A stretch of DNA of 64,000 bases, from the NCBI GenBank assembly GCA_041484665.1, contig JBGPIA010000002.1, positions 96,001-160,000 of the forward strand, given 5' to 3'. The translations under genes and the position numbers were made by a program. The notes beneath the pieces are model-generated. The model did no database searches and was not told where the DNA came from. It saw only the letters and a list, made by a program, of their open reading frames with translations. This stretch comes from Candidatus Krumholzibacteriia bacterium. Lineage in GTDB: Bacteria > Krumholzibacteriota > Krumholzibacteriia > JAJRXK01. Below are positions 9,389 to 18,177 of the stretch, piece after piece. Each line of letters begins with the position of its first letter. The stretch's first letter is position 1.

Positions 9389-10490
9389 CCTGCACCGGGC
9401 TCTCGAGCAGGTGCGGCTAGCCTACGGCCCGGACGCGCTGGTCCTGCAGACGCGCAACGTGGTGTCGCGCGCGCAGCACGGCCTGGCGCCGCAGACGGAG
9501 GTCGAGGTGATCGTCGCCGACCCCGCAGCCGGCGAGGAGCTCGGCCCGTACTCCGTGGCGGGGCCGCTGGTCGCTGCGCCGGTGGACGCCGACGCGCAGG
9601 ACGGGCCGGATGGGGGCGCGAGCGGGGAGCTTGCGCGCCAGCTCGCGCGCCTGGAGCGGTTGGCGTACCGCGTGGAGGAGATGTCCGCCGCGCTGTCGCC
9701 GGCTGCGGAGCTGGCACAGGGCTACCCGCTTGCCGACCGCCTGCGGGCCGCAGGCGCCGGTGAGGCGACGGTCCGGCACGTCGCGGCCTCGTTCGCGCTG
9801 GCGGCCCGCGGGGCCGCGCCCACCGAGGCGCTGGCCCGCCGGCACCTGGGCACCTTCCTGCGCACCACGCGTGCGGCGTCCTTCGCGCAGATCCGCGGCG
9901 AGCACTGGCTGCTCGGCCGCGCCGGCGTCGGGAAGACGACGCTCGCGCTGCACCTGGCGGCCCAGCTGCAGCGCGCCGGGCGCAAGCCGGCGGTCGTGGC
10001 ACTCGCGCCGCGCCACGATGGGGACGTGCGCCGCATCGAAGCGGCAGCCCAGGCGCTGGCGATCCCGGCGGGCGCGGCCTTCGACGCGACGGAGCTGGAG
10101 AGCCTGCGCGAGCAGCTGACCGGCTGCGACGTCGTGGTGGTGGACACTCCGTGCTGCATCAGCCGTACGTTGCCGGCGCTACCGCCGTCGCCCGCCTACC
10201 GCCATCTGGTGGTCCCGCGCGGCGAGGACCCGCAACAGCTGCGCGACCTGCTGGAGGCCATTGACGGCTGGACGCCGGATACCCTCTCCGTGTCCATGCG
10301 CGATCTGTCGCGCCGCCCCGGGCGGCTCTTGGACTTCGTGCGCGAGCTGGCGCGGCCCGTTGCATTTTTCCAGGGAGTCTTCGCCGGGGCGGTACAGCTC
10401 CGGCTCGCTTCGGCGCAGGATCTGCTGGAGGAAGTGCTGGGTGCCGACGCGGCTCCCGCTCCGCGGAGTCTGGTCGCGGCCGGTGCCTAA
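9318..10490 (+). CDS. flhF: FlhF-like SRP-GTPase with degenerate G motifs
   Basis: N-terminal ALEQVRLAYGPDALVLQTR (FlhF B-domain pattern) and P-loop GRAGVGKTT; follows flhA with a 71-nt overlap. Later G motifs are divergent. Confidence 0.8.
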   Translation: MPSQNPLPLPSSRPPRTRAVRAASLHRALEQVRLAYGPDALVLQTRNVVSRAQHGLAPQTEVEVIVADPAAGEELGPYSVAGPLVAAPVDADAQDGPDGGASGELARQLARLERLAYRVEEMSAALSPAAELAQGYPLADRLRAAGAGEATVRHVAASFALAARGAAPTEALARRHLGTFLRTTRAASFAQIRGEHWLLGRAGVGKTTLALHLAAQLQRAGRKPAVVALAPRHDGDVRRIEAAAQALAIPAGAAFDATELESLREQLTGCDVVVVDTPCCISRTLPALPPSPAYRHLVVPRGEDPQQLRDLLEAIDGWTPDTLSVSMRDLSRRPGRLLDFVRELARPVAFFQGVFAGAVQLRLASAQDLLEEVLGADAAPAPRSLVAAGA

Positions 10491-10496
10491 GGGGAC

Positions 10497-10751
10497 ATGC
10501 TGCAGCTGCTTGTCAACGTCGTGGCCCTGGTCGGCGCGCTGGCTGCCTTGCTGTCGGGCATGGCGCGCGGAGCTCCGCTGGCCAGCGTGCTGAAACGGAC
10601 GCTGGTGGGCTATCTGGTCGTGTACGCCGCGGCGGCAGTCTTTGCCGCCCTGGTGCGGGTCGGGCTCGCCAGCAATGGTCGCACCGAGGCGGACACGCCC
10701 GGGCGCGGCCGGGCAGCGCGAGGGACCGGTGGCACAAATACTGCTGACTGA
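10497..10751 (+). CDS. Small hypothetical protein with two hydrophobic segments
   Basis: 84 aa; AAGGGG SD; two TM-like stretches; occupies the usual flhG position. Confidence 0.65.
   Translation: MLQLLVNVVALVGALAALLSGMARGAPLASVLKRTLVGYLVVYAAAAVFAALVRVGLASNGRTEADTPGRGRAARGTGGTNTAD
10730..10745 (+). promoter_or_regulatory. Sigma54 (-24/-12) promoter upstream of fliA
   Basis: TGGCAC-AAATA-CTGCT; GG and GC 10 nt apart; AT-rich core in GC-rich DNA; about 65 nt before the fliA ATG. Confidence 0.72.
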
Positions 10752-10809
10752 AGCTGGTAAGCGCACGTTTCTTCTACACTTCGGGCTCGCCTAGCGGTGG
10801 ACGCGGTTC

Positions 10810-11745
10810 ATGGAGAAGGCAGACTCCTCGGCGCACATCGACTCGCTGTGGGCCGCGCTGCGAGGGCCCGAGCGTGAGAGCGCCCGCCGCCGTTTGGTCG
10901 AGCACTACGTCGGCCTGGTCAAGTTCGTCGCAAGCCGGCTGGCGGTCGGCCTCCCGCACTACGTCGAGTTCACCGATCTCTGCAGCGCGGGCCTGCTGGG
11001 GCTCATCCAGGCCATCGACCATTTCGATGTGAGCCGCGGCTACAAGTTCGAGACCTACGCCGTCCCCCGCATCCGCGGCGCGATCCTCGACGAGCTGCGC
11101 GCCCAGGACTGGTTCCCGCGCAGCCTGCGCCGCAAGGCGCGGCGGCTCGAGAAGGCCTACGCCACACTGGAGTCGCGCCTGGGGCGCGCCGCCACCGACA
11201 ACGAGGTGTCGCGCGAGCTGGGGGTGCCCCTGGCGGAGTTTCACCGCCTCGTGGCGCAGGTCTCGGTTGCCACGATCGTCTCCCTGGACGCGGACACGCA
11301 GCAAGACGAGCGCGGCAGCCTGGCGCGCCTGAGCGAGACCGTGCCCGACACCCAGGGCGAGCACCCCGAGCAGGCGCTGGCAGACCGGGAGCTGCGCGAG
11401 GTGCTGTCGCAGACGCTCGCCGAGCTGCCCGAAAAGGAGCAGCTGGTCCTGACGCTGTACTACTACGAGGAGCTGTCCCTCAAGGAGATCGGGGCGATCC
11501 TCGAGGTCACCGAGTCGCGCGTCTGCCAGATCCACACCAAGGCCATCTTCCGCTTGCGCGGAAAAGTCTCAAGGAAACTGAGCGAGAAGCCGATCTGGCG
11601 CCTGGGGAAGGAGGTGGCGGGGAGCCGGGCCCTGGAGCGGTCCCCGGGTGAGGGGGTCGTTTCGAGCGGCGCTCGGGTGGTCATCGGGGCGGCGATCTGC
11701 GCCGGCCTGTGGGCCTGCCGCATTGGGGGGCAGGTCCTGTCATAG
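10810..11745 (+). CDS. fliA: FliA/WhiG family RNA polymerase sigma factor (sigma28) with a C-terminal extension
   Basis: KFETYAVPRIRGAILDELRAQDWFPRSLR; LYYYEELSLKEIGAILEVTESRVCQIHTKA. Confidence 0.95.
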   Translation: MEKADSSAHIDSLWAALRGPERESARRRLVEHYVGLVKFVASRLAVGLPHYVEFTDLCSAGLLGLIQAIDHFDVSRGYKFETYAVPRIRGAILDELRAQDWFPRSLRRKARRLEKAYATLESRLGRAATDNEVSRELGVPLAEFHRLVAQVSVATIVSLDADTQQDERGSLARLSETVPDTQGEHPEQALADRELREVLSQTLAELPEKEQLVLTLYYYEELSLKEIGAILEVTESRVCQIHTKAIFRLRGKVSRKLSEKPIWRLGKEVAGSRALERSPGEGVVSSGARVVIGAAICAGLWACRIGGQVLS

Positions 11746-11773
11746 CACGGCAGCACCGCGCGAGGAGGCGGCC

Positions 11774-12100
11774 GTGGGGGACTCGATCGGAATCCAGACG
11801 ACCCTCGCCCAGTCGGGCAACGTCTCGCGAATCCAGCAGGGCCAGCAGGTCCCTGGCAACGCCGACGAGCCGTTTGCCCACAAGCTCCGCGAGGCGGAGC
11901 ACCCGGACTCGGCGCTGCTACGCGACGTGCGGGAGTCCGAGCGCGCGGCGATCCGCGAGCGCGAGCGCAAGCGGCGGCAGGAGGCGAAGCGGCGGCGAGA
12001 CCAGGAGCACGCGCGGTCCCAGGAGCTGGCTCGTCAGGCGGAGCAACGCGAGTCGGCGCCGCAAAGTGCAAGCGGTCACCACGTGGATGTGAAGGTATAG
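11774..12100 (+). CDS. Small flagellar-cluster hypothetical protein
   Basis: GAGGAGG SD before GTG 11774; Gln-rich N-terminus, charged helix, C-terminal GHHVDVKV. Confidence 0.7.
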   Translation: MGDSIGIQTTLAQSGNVSRIQQGQQVPGNADEPFAHKLREAEHPDSALLRDVRESERAAIRERERKRRQEAKRRRDQEHARSQELARQAEQRESAPQSASGHHVDVKV

Positions 12101-12103
12101 GAC

Positions 12104-12532
12104 GTGCTGGAGAAGACGGCAGAGTGGATCGGAGCCCAGTCGGGATGGCTGGGCACCGCGGCGCTGGCCCTGATCGGGCTGGGCGTGACGGTTCTGATCG
12201 CCACGTTCGTCGGATTCCTGCGCGGCCGTGTGGGAGCGGCGGCGGCGATGGGGAGCCTGCTCGACGTGAGCGTCGACGACCCCCTGCCGCAGGCGACCGC
12301 GGCGGGGCCCACGGGCGGCCCCCACCGCCGGGCTGCCGCCCAACCGGAGCTGCAGCAGTTCACCGAGACGATGGCGCGGCGGCTGGACGCCATCGAGCAT
12401 CATCTGGAGGTGCTCGCGTTGCGGCTGCCGCACGCTGCCGCGGGCGCGGTCCCGCGCGCAGCCGGGTCGGGACGCAGCGCGCAGGTCTCGCTGGAGGCCG
12501 CGGCGCTGCGCCAGGCGGCCGGCCGGCACTAG
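12104..12532 (+). CDS. Hypothetical protein with an N-terminal TM and short coiled coil
   Basis: TM segment GTAALALIGLGVTVLIATFVGFL; helix MARRLDAIEHHLEVL; tightly packed in the operon. Confidence 0.6.
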   Translation: MLEKTAEWIGAQSGWLGTAALALIGLGVTVLIATFVGFLRGRVGAAAAMGSLLDVSVDDPLPQATAAGPTGGPHRRAAAQPELQQFTETMARRLDAIEHHLEVLALRLPHAAAGAVPRAAGSGRSAQVSLEAAALRQAAGRH

Positions 12533-12562
12533 CCCGTCGCTTTGGAAGAACGAGGAGCGACC

Positions 12563-13411
12563 GTGGAGACGACGGAGCTTCGCGACATCATCATGAACGC
12601 TCGGGACCTGCCGGCGATGCCCCACGTCGCCAGCAAGGTGCTCGAGCTTGCCGGCAGCCCCGACACCACGGCGCAGAAGCTCCAGCAGGTCATCTCCGAC
12701 GACCAGGCCATGGCGGCGCGCATCCTCAAGATCGCCAACTCCGCGCTCTACGCCTGCAGCCGCAAGATCAAGACGCTGACCGAAGCCATCGTCATGCTGG
12801 GGTTCAACACCATCCGCAGCCTGGTCGTCACCAGCGCCGCGCGGAACATGTACCTGCAGGACAACAAGACGATGGGGCTCAAGGAGCGGCTCTTGTGGGA
12901 GCACTCCATCGGCTGCGCCATCGGGTGCCGGATCCTCGTATCTCCGCGCCACCCGCAGCTGGCCGAGGAGGCGTTCCTGGCCGGGCTGATGCACGACATC
13001 GGCAAGCTGGTCCTGAACCAGTACGCTGGCGACAAGTTCGACGAGATCGTCCAGACGGTCTACAACGACGCCCAGCAGTTCTGCGACGTCGAGCGCGAGC
13101 TGCTCGGGTTCGACCACACCGAGGTCGGGGCGATGCTGGTGAACAAGTGGAAGCTCTCCATGCAGCTCGAGGAGGTCATCCGCTTCCACCACACGCCAGA
13201 GAAGTTTACCGACGAGCGCCTGATCCTCTGCTACCTGGACATGGCGAACAACCTCTGCAAGCGCGAGGGCATCGGCTTCGTGGAGCGCCCGGACCTCGAT
13301 CTGGCTGGCCTCCAGAGCAACGCAGTCCTGAAGCTCTCCGCCGATGAGATCGAGAGGCAGGCGGATCAGTTGCGTCGCACCCTTGAATCGGAGATGGAGA
13401 TCTTTGTCTAA
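12563..13411 (+). CDS. HDOD domain protein
   Basis: LPAMP...DQAMAARILKIANSALY...LWEHS...AGLMHDIGK...GFDHTEVG...FHH; GAGGAG SD. Confidence 0.92.
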   Translation: METTELRDIIMNARDLPAMPHVASKVLELAGSPDTTAQKLQQVISDDQAMAARILKIANSALYACSRKIKTLTEAIVMLGFNTIRSLVVTSAARNMYLQDNKTMGLKERLLWEHSIGCAIGCRILVSPRHPQLAEEAFLAGLMHDIGKLVLNQYAGDKFDEIVQTVYNDAQQFCDVERELLGFDHTEVGAMLVNKWKLSMQLEEVIRFHHTPEKFTDERLILCYLDMANNLCKREGIGFVERPDLDLAGLQSNAVLKLSADEIERQADQLRRTLESEMEIFV

Positions 13412-13424
13412 CGCAACGACATCG

Positions 13425-14294
13425 ATGCTGAACCCTGCGGTCGAGCGCCACGTCGAGGAGATCCTCGAAGGGATCCGCGAGCTCCCCACGATCCCCGAGG
13501 TGCTCGTGCGCATCTGGCAGCTGGTGGACGATCCAAGCAGCAGCGCGCGGGACCTGCAGGAAGTCGTCATGCTGGATCCGCCGCTGGCCGCCCGCGTCCT
13601 GCGCCTGGCCAACAGCCCCTACTACGGCGGCAAGACCAACATCCAGGACATCCGCTCCGCCATCACCGTGCTGGGGTTTGATGTCATCCGCAACCTGGCC
13701 GTCTGCCTGGCGGTCACCAAGCGGCTGGTGGAGGAGGCTCCCCGCGACCGTGTGCTGGACCGGCGGGCGCTGTGGCGCCACTGCGTGGCCACCGCGGTGG
13801 TCTCCCGAGAGGTCGCCGTGGCGTTGCGAATCGGCCATCCCGAGGAGTCGTTCACCGGCGGCCTGCTCCACGATGTGGGCATGTACGTCATCGGCCTGGT
13901 GCGCCCGGGCATCTACGCGCCGGTCGTGGAGCGGGCGATCGCGGGCCGCACGCCGTTGGCCGACGCTGAGCGTCAGGTGCTGGGCTACGACCACGCCGCC
14001 ATGGGCAGTGCCTTCGCCGCCCGCTGGAACTTCCCCCCGCGGATCCGCGACGTCATCGGACGGCACCACGAGCGCATGGCCACAGAGCACCCCGGCACCG
14101 TCGAGGTGGTGGCCTTCGCCGACCGGCAGGCCGCCGCCAGCGGGCAGTTCCGGGTCTTTCCCCAGCTCCACGAGGAGGGGCCCGAGGCGCAGCACCTGCG
14201 CAATCTCGGGATCACCCCGGAATGGGTGCAGCAGCACGAGGCGCCCTTCGGCGCCAAGATCGGCGAAGCCCAGGAGTTCATGAACCTCATCTAG
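13425..14294 (+). CDS. HDOD domain protein (second tandem copy)
   Basis: LPTIP...DPPLAARVLRLANSPYYG...LWRHC...GLLHDVG...GYDHAAMG...RHH. Confidence 0.92.
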   Translation: MLNPAVERHVEEILEGIRELPTIPEVLVRIWQLVDDPSSSARDLQEVVMLDPPLAARVLRLANSPYYGGKTNIQDIRSAITVLGFDVIRNLAVCLAVTKRLVEEAPRDRVLDRRALWRHCVATAVVSREVAVALRIGHPEESFTGGLLHDVGMYVIGLVRPGIYAPVVERAIAGRTPLADAERQVLGYDHAAMGSAFAARWNFPPRIRDVIGRHHERMATEHPGTVEVVAFADRQAAASGQFRVFPQLHEEGPEAQHLRNLGITPEWVQQHEAPFGAKIGEAQEFMNLI

Positions 14295-14342
14295 GAAGGC
14301 GGCCGCGGGCGCGCGACAGCGCGACCGGCGGCACCGGCAACC

Positions 14343-14750
14343 ATGGACCAAGGCTCCACCAACTCCGGCAAACACATCCGCGCCCTCGTGGCCGACGACG
14401 AGCAGTTCATCCGCCAGATCCTGGTCAAGATGCTCGAGCGCCTGGGGATCGAGGTGGTGGCCACCGCCTCCAACGGTCAGGAGGCCATCGACCTCTACAA
14501 GCAGGTCGCGCCCGACGTGGCGATCCTCGACATCGCCATGCCCCAGAAGGACGGGCTGCAGGCCGTGCGCGAGATCGTCGAGCACGATCCGCGGGCCAAG
14601 GTCCTCATCTGCACGAGCTTCAGCAGCAAGCAGTACATCGTCGAGGCCGTGCGCCTGGGTGCCAAAGGCTATCTGAGCAAGCCCTTCGACCTCAGCCGCA
14701 TCCGCGACAAGATCACCAAGCTCTGCGGCGAGCCGACGCTGGCCTCGTGA
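14343..14750 (+). CDS. Single-domain CheY-like response regulator
   Basis: LVADDE, ILDIAMPQKDG (phospho-acceptor Asp), ICTS, YLSKPF. Confidence 0.92.
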   Translation: MDQGSTNSGKHIRALVADDEQFIRQILVKMLERLGIEVVATASNGQEAIDLYKQVAPDVAILDIAMPQKDGLQAVREIVEHDPRAKVLICTSFSSKQYIVEAVRLGAKGYLSKPFDLSRIRDKITKLCGEPTLAS

Positions 14751-14769
14751 CCGCCGCGCCCGCGCTGGC

Positions 14770-14798
14770 TTGACAGGCCGCGGAACCGCACCGACCAT
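14770..14798 (+). promoter_or_regulatory. Possible sigma70 promoter for the sigma54 activator gene
   Basis: TTGACA-17 nt-GACCAT. Confidence 0.4.
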
Positions 14799-14835
14799 AA
14801 CCCCCCCGGAACCCATCCCCAGCCCCGCGGGTGGC

Positions 14836-16341
14836 GTGGTGGCTCGTCCTGCGCTCGTCGTCCTGACCTCCGATCCGCAGCTGCGCGCGTGGGCCCTCTC
14901 CTGGGACCTGCGCGGAGTGGAGCCGCATTTCCACGACGACCCTCCCACGGCGCTGTCGGCCGCGCGCAAGCTGCCCGTGTGGCTGTTCGTCTGCGACGCG
15001 CGCGCCACGCCATCGGTCCCGGAGGGGCTGGTGCGCAAGATCCTCGCGCTGCCCGCGGCGCCCGAGGTGCTGGTGCTCGCGCAGAGCGCGCCGTCGGCCG
15101 CCCTCGAGCTCCCCGTGGAGAACCTCCACGTCGGAGCGCCGGATCCCCTGGCTCTGCGCCAGCAAGCGGAGCGCCTGCTGCGCCTGCAGGAGGTCCGTCA
15201 CCAGAGCGGCATCGCCGGCTCGAGCGCCGCCATCCGCGGGGTGATTTCCACCATCGCACAGGTGGCCCCCCTCGAGGTGCCGGTGCTCATCCAGGGGGAG
15301 AGCGGCACGGGCAAGGAGCTGGTCGCCCAGGCATTGCACCGGGGCAGCCACCGCCACGAGCGCCCCTTCGTCTCGGTGAACGTGGGTTCGCTGGCGGAGA
15401 CGCTCCTGGAGAGCGAGCTGTTCGGCCACGAGCGCGGCGCCTTCACGGGCGCCGTCGTGCGCCGCGAGGGTGTGTTCGAGCGCGCCGACGGTGGCACCCT
15501 ATTCCTGGACGAGGTGGGGGAGATGTCGTTGGCGATGCAGGTGAAACTCCTGCGCGTGCTGGAAACCAGCGAGTTCATGCGGGTGGGCGCCAGCGTGCCG
15601 CTGCGCACCGACGTGCGCCTGCTGGCCGCGACCCATCGTAGCCTGGAGGACGGGATCTCGGCGGGGACCTTTCGCGGGGACCTGTACTACCGTTTAAAGG
15701 TCATCAAGATCGAGATCCCGCCGCTGCGGGAGCGCCGCGAGGATATCCCGCTGCTCGTTCAGCATTTCCTGGAGGAGGCCAATCGCAAGCACGGCCTGCA
15801 GCTGCGCGGCATCACGCGCGATGCGCTCGACCGCTTCCTGCGCTACGCATGGCCGGGGAACGTGCGCGAGCTGCGCAACGTGGTCAGCTCGATGGCCGTC
15901 CTGGCGCGGGGCGAGCGCCTGGGGGTCGAAGACCTTCCGTCGGAGCTGCGCGAAGGCGGCACGGCCCGGCGCGCGCTGCCGGTGGCGTTCGGCCCGCCCG
16001 ATGGCGCAGCGTTCGAGGCGGCGGGCGCGCTGCTCACCCCGTGGCTCGTATCCCTCACGCGCGACCTGAAGGAGGTCCTGGCGCGCCTGGCGCGGCTGGA
16101 GGCCGCCACGGTCCCGGGCGGCGGGCCCGGCGGCGCCGAGGGTGCTTGGGCGCCCTTGACCAGCGACGCCGAGTTCACGCCAGTCCACCCCGACGCCCCC
16201 CAGGATCTGGCCGGCGCCGAGCGGGCGATGATCGTCGCCGCGCTGCGGCAGCATGCCGGCAATCGGCGACGGACCGCGCAGCAGCTGGGAATCAGCGAGC
16301 GCACGTTGTATCGCAAACTCAAGCGTTTTGGACTGGGGTGA
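14836..16341 (+). CDS. Sigma54-dependent Fis-family transcriptional activator with a degenerate N-terminal receiver (start uncertain, 14770-14839)
   Basis: [50 protein letters not shown]-terminal [15 protein letters not shown]. Confidence 0.93.
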   Translation: MVARPALVVLTSDPQLRAWALSWDLRGVEPHFHDDPPTALSAARKLPVWLFVCDARATPSVPEGLVRKILALPAAPEVLVLAQSAPSAALELPVENLHVGAPDPLALRQQAERLLRLQEVRHQSGIAGSSAAIRGVISTIAQVAPLEVPVLIQGESGTGKELVAQALHRGSHRHERPFVSVNVGSLAETLLESELFGHERGAFTGAVVRREGVFERADGGTLFLDEVGEMSLAMQVKLLRVLETSEFMRVGASVPLRTDVRLLAATHRSLEDGISAGTFRGDLYYRLKVIKIEIPPLRERREDIPLLVQHFLEEANRKHGLQLRGITRDALDRFLRYAWPGNVRELRNVVSSMAVLARGERLGVEDLPSELREGGTARRALPVAFGPPDGAAFEAAGALLTPWLVSLTRDLKEVLARLARLEAATVPGGGPGGAEGAWAPLTSDAEFTPVHPDAPQDLAGAERAMIVAALRQHAGNRRRTAQQLGISERTLYRKLKRFGLG

Positions 16342-16496
16342 CCGCCGGACGACTGTGGGGAGTGCCGCCGCGGGGCAGTGCCAGCGCGGTCTGGCGGGCC
16401 GCGCGCGCCATGGCGTATACTTCTTCTGGTCGCCTGCTCGATCGACGCCACTGGACCCCTGAGCTTGCGTCCACCCCTCGCTCCGTGGAGAAGCTC

Positions 16497-17567
16497 GTGA
16501 GCATCTGTTCGCATTCGCGCCGCCGACGTGGCGGCAGCGTGATCTCCTGCCTGGCCGGGATCCTGGCCCTGGTCATGACGGCACCGCCCGCCGGCGCCAC
16601 CAAGTACGCGGGCGCCTTCATGGCCGACGGCGGCGGGGCGCGCGCGCTGGGCATGGGCAGCGCCTTCGCGGCGGTGGCCGATGATGCCAGCGCCACCTTC
16701 TGGAACCCAGCGGGCCTCGCTGGGCTGCAGCGACGCGAGCTGCTGCTCATGCATAGCGAGCATTTCGGCTCCCTGGTCGACCGCGACTTCGCCAGCTTCG
16801 TGCTCCCCCTGGGCTCGTCGGAGGCGGAAACGCAGCACACACTCGGGCTGACCGTCATCCATCTGGGCGTCAACGACATCCCGTTCACCAAGGATCTCGC
16901 GGATCAGCTCGACACCAACCACGACGGCGTGGTGGACGACAACGAGGTGCGTGGCCTGTTCAACCTGCAGGACCAGATCCAGTACAAGAGCGACCACGAG
17001 TTCGCGCTGATGGGCACCTACGCGGTGCGCTCGCGGAGCTGGCTGTTGGGCGGCAACGTGAAGGTGATTCGCCAGGCGGTGGGCGGTTACTCCAGCTGGG
17101 GCGTGGGCCTCGACCTGGGCGCGCTGCGCCGCGACTGGTGGCGTCACCTCGACTGCGGCGTGAAGCTGCAGGACGTTTCGTCAACCTACTTGAGCTGGAG
17201 CACGGGGCGCAATGAGACCATCTCGCCCGTGGTCGTGCCGGGAGTCTCGTACGACTGGAGCTTTCCGGGGCTGCGCCTGGACCTGCTGGCGGCGGGCGCC
17301 CTGGAGCTGCACTTCGACGGGCGCCGCCAGGCCGACCAATTCGAGATCTCGCACGCCATCAGCAGCAACGTGAACCTGGGCCTGGAGGCGCGCCTCAGCA
17401 AACGCGTCGACCTGCGCGTCGGGTCGCACGAGGGGTTCGACGCCCGCAACCTCACCTTCGGCGCCGGACTGGACCTGAAGTACTTCCGCGTCGACTACGG
17501 CTTCGCCGGCGATGTGCTCGACATCGACAAGAACACCCACCGCGTGAGCCTGGGGGCGAGCTTCTAG
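16497..17567 (+). CDS. PorV/PorQ-like (FadL-like) outer membrane beta-barrel protein
   Basis: Signal peptide, then GGGARALGMGSAFAAVADDASATFWNPAGL; terminal THRVSLGASF; GGAG SD; TATACT -10 at 16416. Confidence 0.78.
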   Translation: MSICSHSRRRRGGSVISCLAGILALVMTAPPAGATKYAGAFMADGGGARALGMGSAFAAVADDASATFWNPAGLAGLQRRELLLMHSEHFGSLVDRDFASFVLPLGSSEAETQHTLGLTVIHLGVNDIPFTKDLADQLDTNHDGVVDDNEVRGLFNLQDQIQYKSDHEFALMGTYAVRSRSWLLGGNVKVIRQAVGGYSSWGVGLDLGALRRDWWRHLDCGVKLQDVSSTYLSWSTGRNETISPVVVPGVSYDWSFPGLRLDLLAAGALELHFDGRRQADQFEISHAISSNVNLGLEARLSKRVDLRVGSHEGFDARNLTFGAGLDLKYFRVDYGFAGDVLDIDKNTHRVSLGASF

Positions 17568-17569
17568 CG

Positions 17570-18175
17570 ATGCCGGGCGCGGCGCCGCGCCTTCTGCTGA
17601 TCACCCCGCCCCAGCCACAGGTGGCGCGGCTTGTGGAGCTGCTGCCCCTGCTCTACGGGATCGCCGACGCCGTGCTGTTGCGCTGGCCCGGGCTGCCCGA
17701 TCGCGCGTGCCTGGCCAGCCTGGTCTGGCTGCGCCGCGTGCACCCGCGCCCTCTGTTGCTGGTCAGCGATCGGTTCGACCTCGCGCTGGCCGCCGGTCTC
17801 GACGGCGTACAGCTGCGCGATGACGGCCTGCCGCCCGCGCTCGTGCGCGCGGTCGCCCCGCACCTGCTGGTCGGCGTCAGCCGCCATGCCCAAAGCGTCG
17901 GGCGCGGCGCGCACGGAGCGGACTACGTGGTGCTGGCGCCCGTTTTCGCAACGGCCGGCAAGCCCTCCGTGGAGCCGCTGGGGATCGCGCGCCTGGCCGA
18001 GCTGGCCCGCTCCGCGACGCTCCCGGTGCTAGCGCTGGGCGGCATCGCGCCGCAGCGCGTCGCTGCTTGCCTGCGCGCCGGGGCGCACGGGATCGCGGCA
18101 CGCTCCTGGGTGTGGGAGGATCGGGATCCGCTGGCGCGCGCTGCCGAGCTGCGCGCCGCGCTGGCGGCGTCGTGA
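17570..18175 (+). CDS. Thiamine-phosphate synthase/TenI-like protein (divergent)
   Basis: LLVSDRFDLALAAGLDGVQL, GVSRH, GADYVVLAPVFAT..KP, PVLALGGI. Confidence 0.75.
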   Translation: MPGAAPRLLLITPPQPQVARLVELLPLLYGIADAVLLRWPGLPDRACLASLVWLRRVHPRPLLLVSDRFDLALAAGLDGVQLRDDGLPPALVRAVAPHLLVGVSRHAQSVGRGAHGADYVVLAPVFATAGKPSVEPLGIARLAELARSATLPVLALGGIAPQRVAACLRAGAHGIAARSWVWEDRDPLARAAELRAALAAS

Positions 18176-18177
18176 GC

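Noticed and set aside
14836..16341. Calling the sigma54 activator FleQ/FlrA
   Set aside because: FleQ c-di-GMP motifs are not clearly present and flhG/fleN is absent from the window, so it is left as a generic activator.
15849..16496. N-terminal extension of the PorV-like ORF
   Set aside because: Overlaps the activator gene; a -10 box (16416), SD and signal peptide point to a start near 16497.
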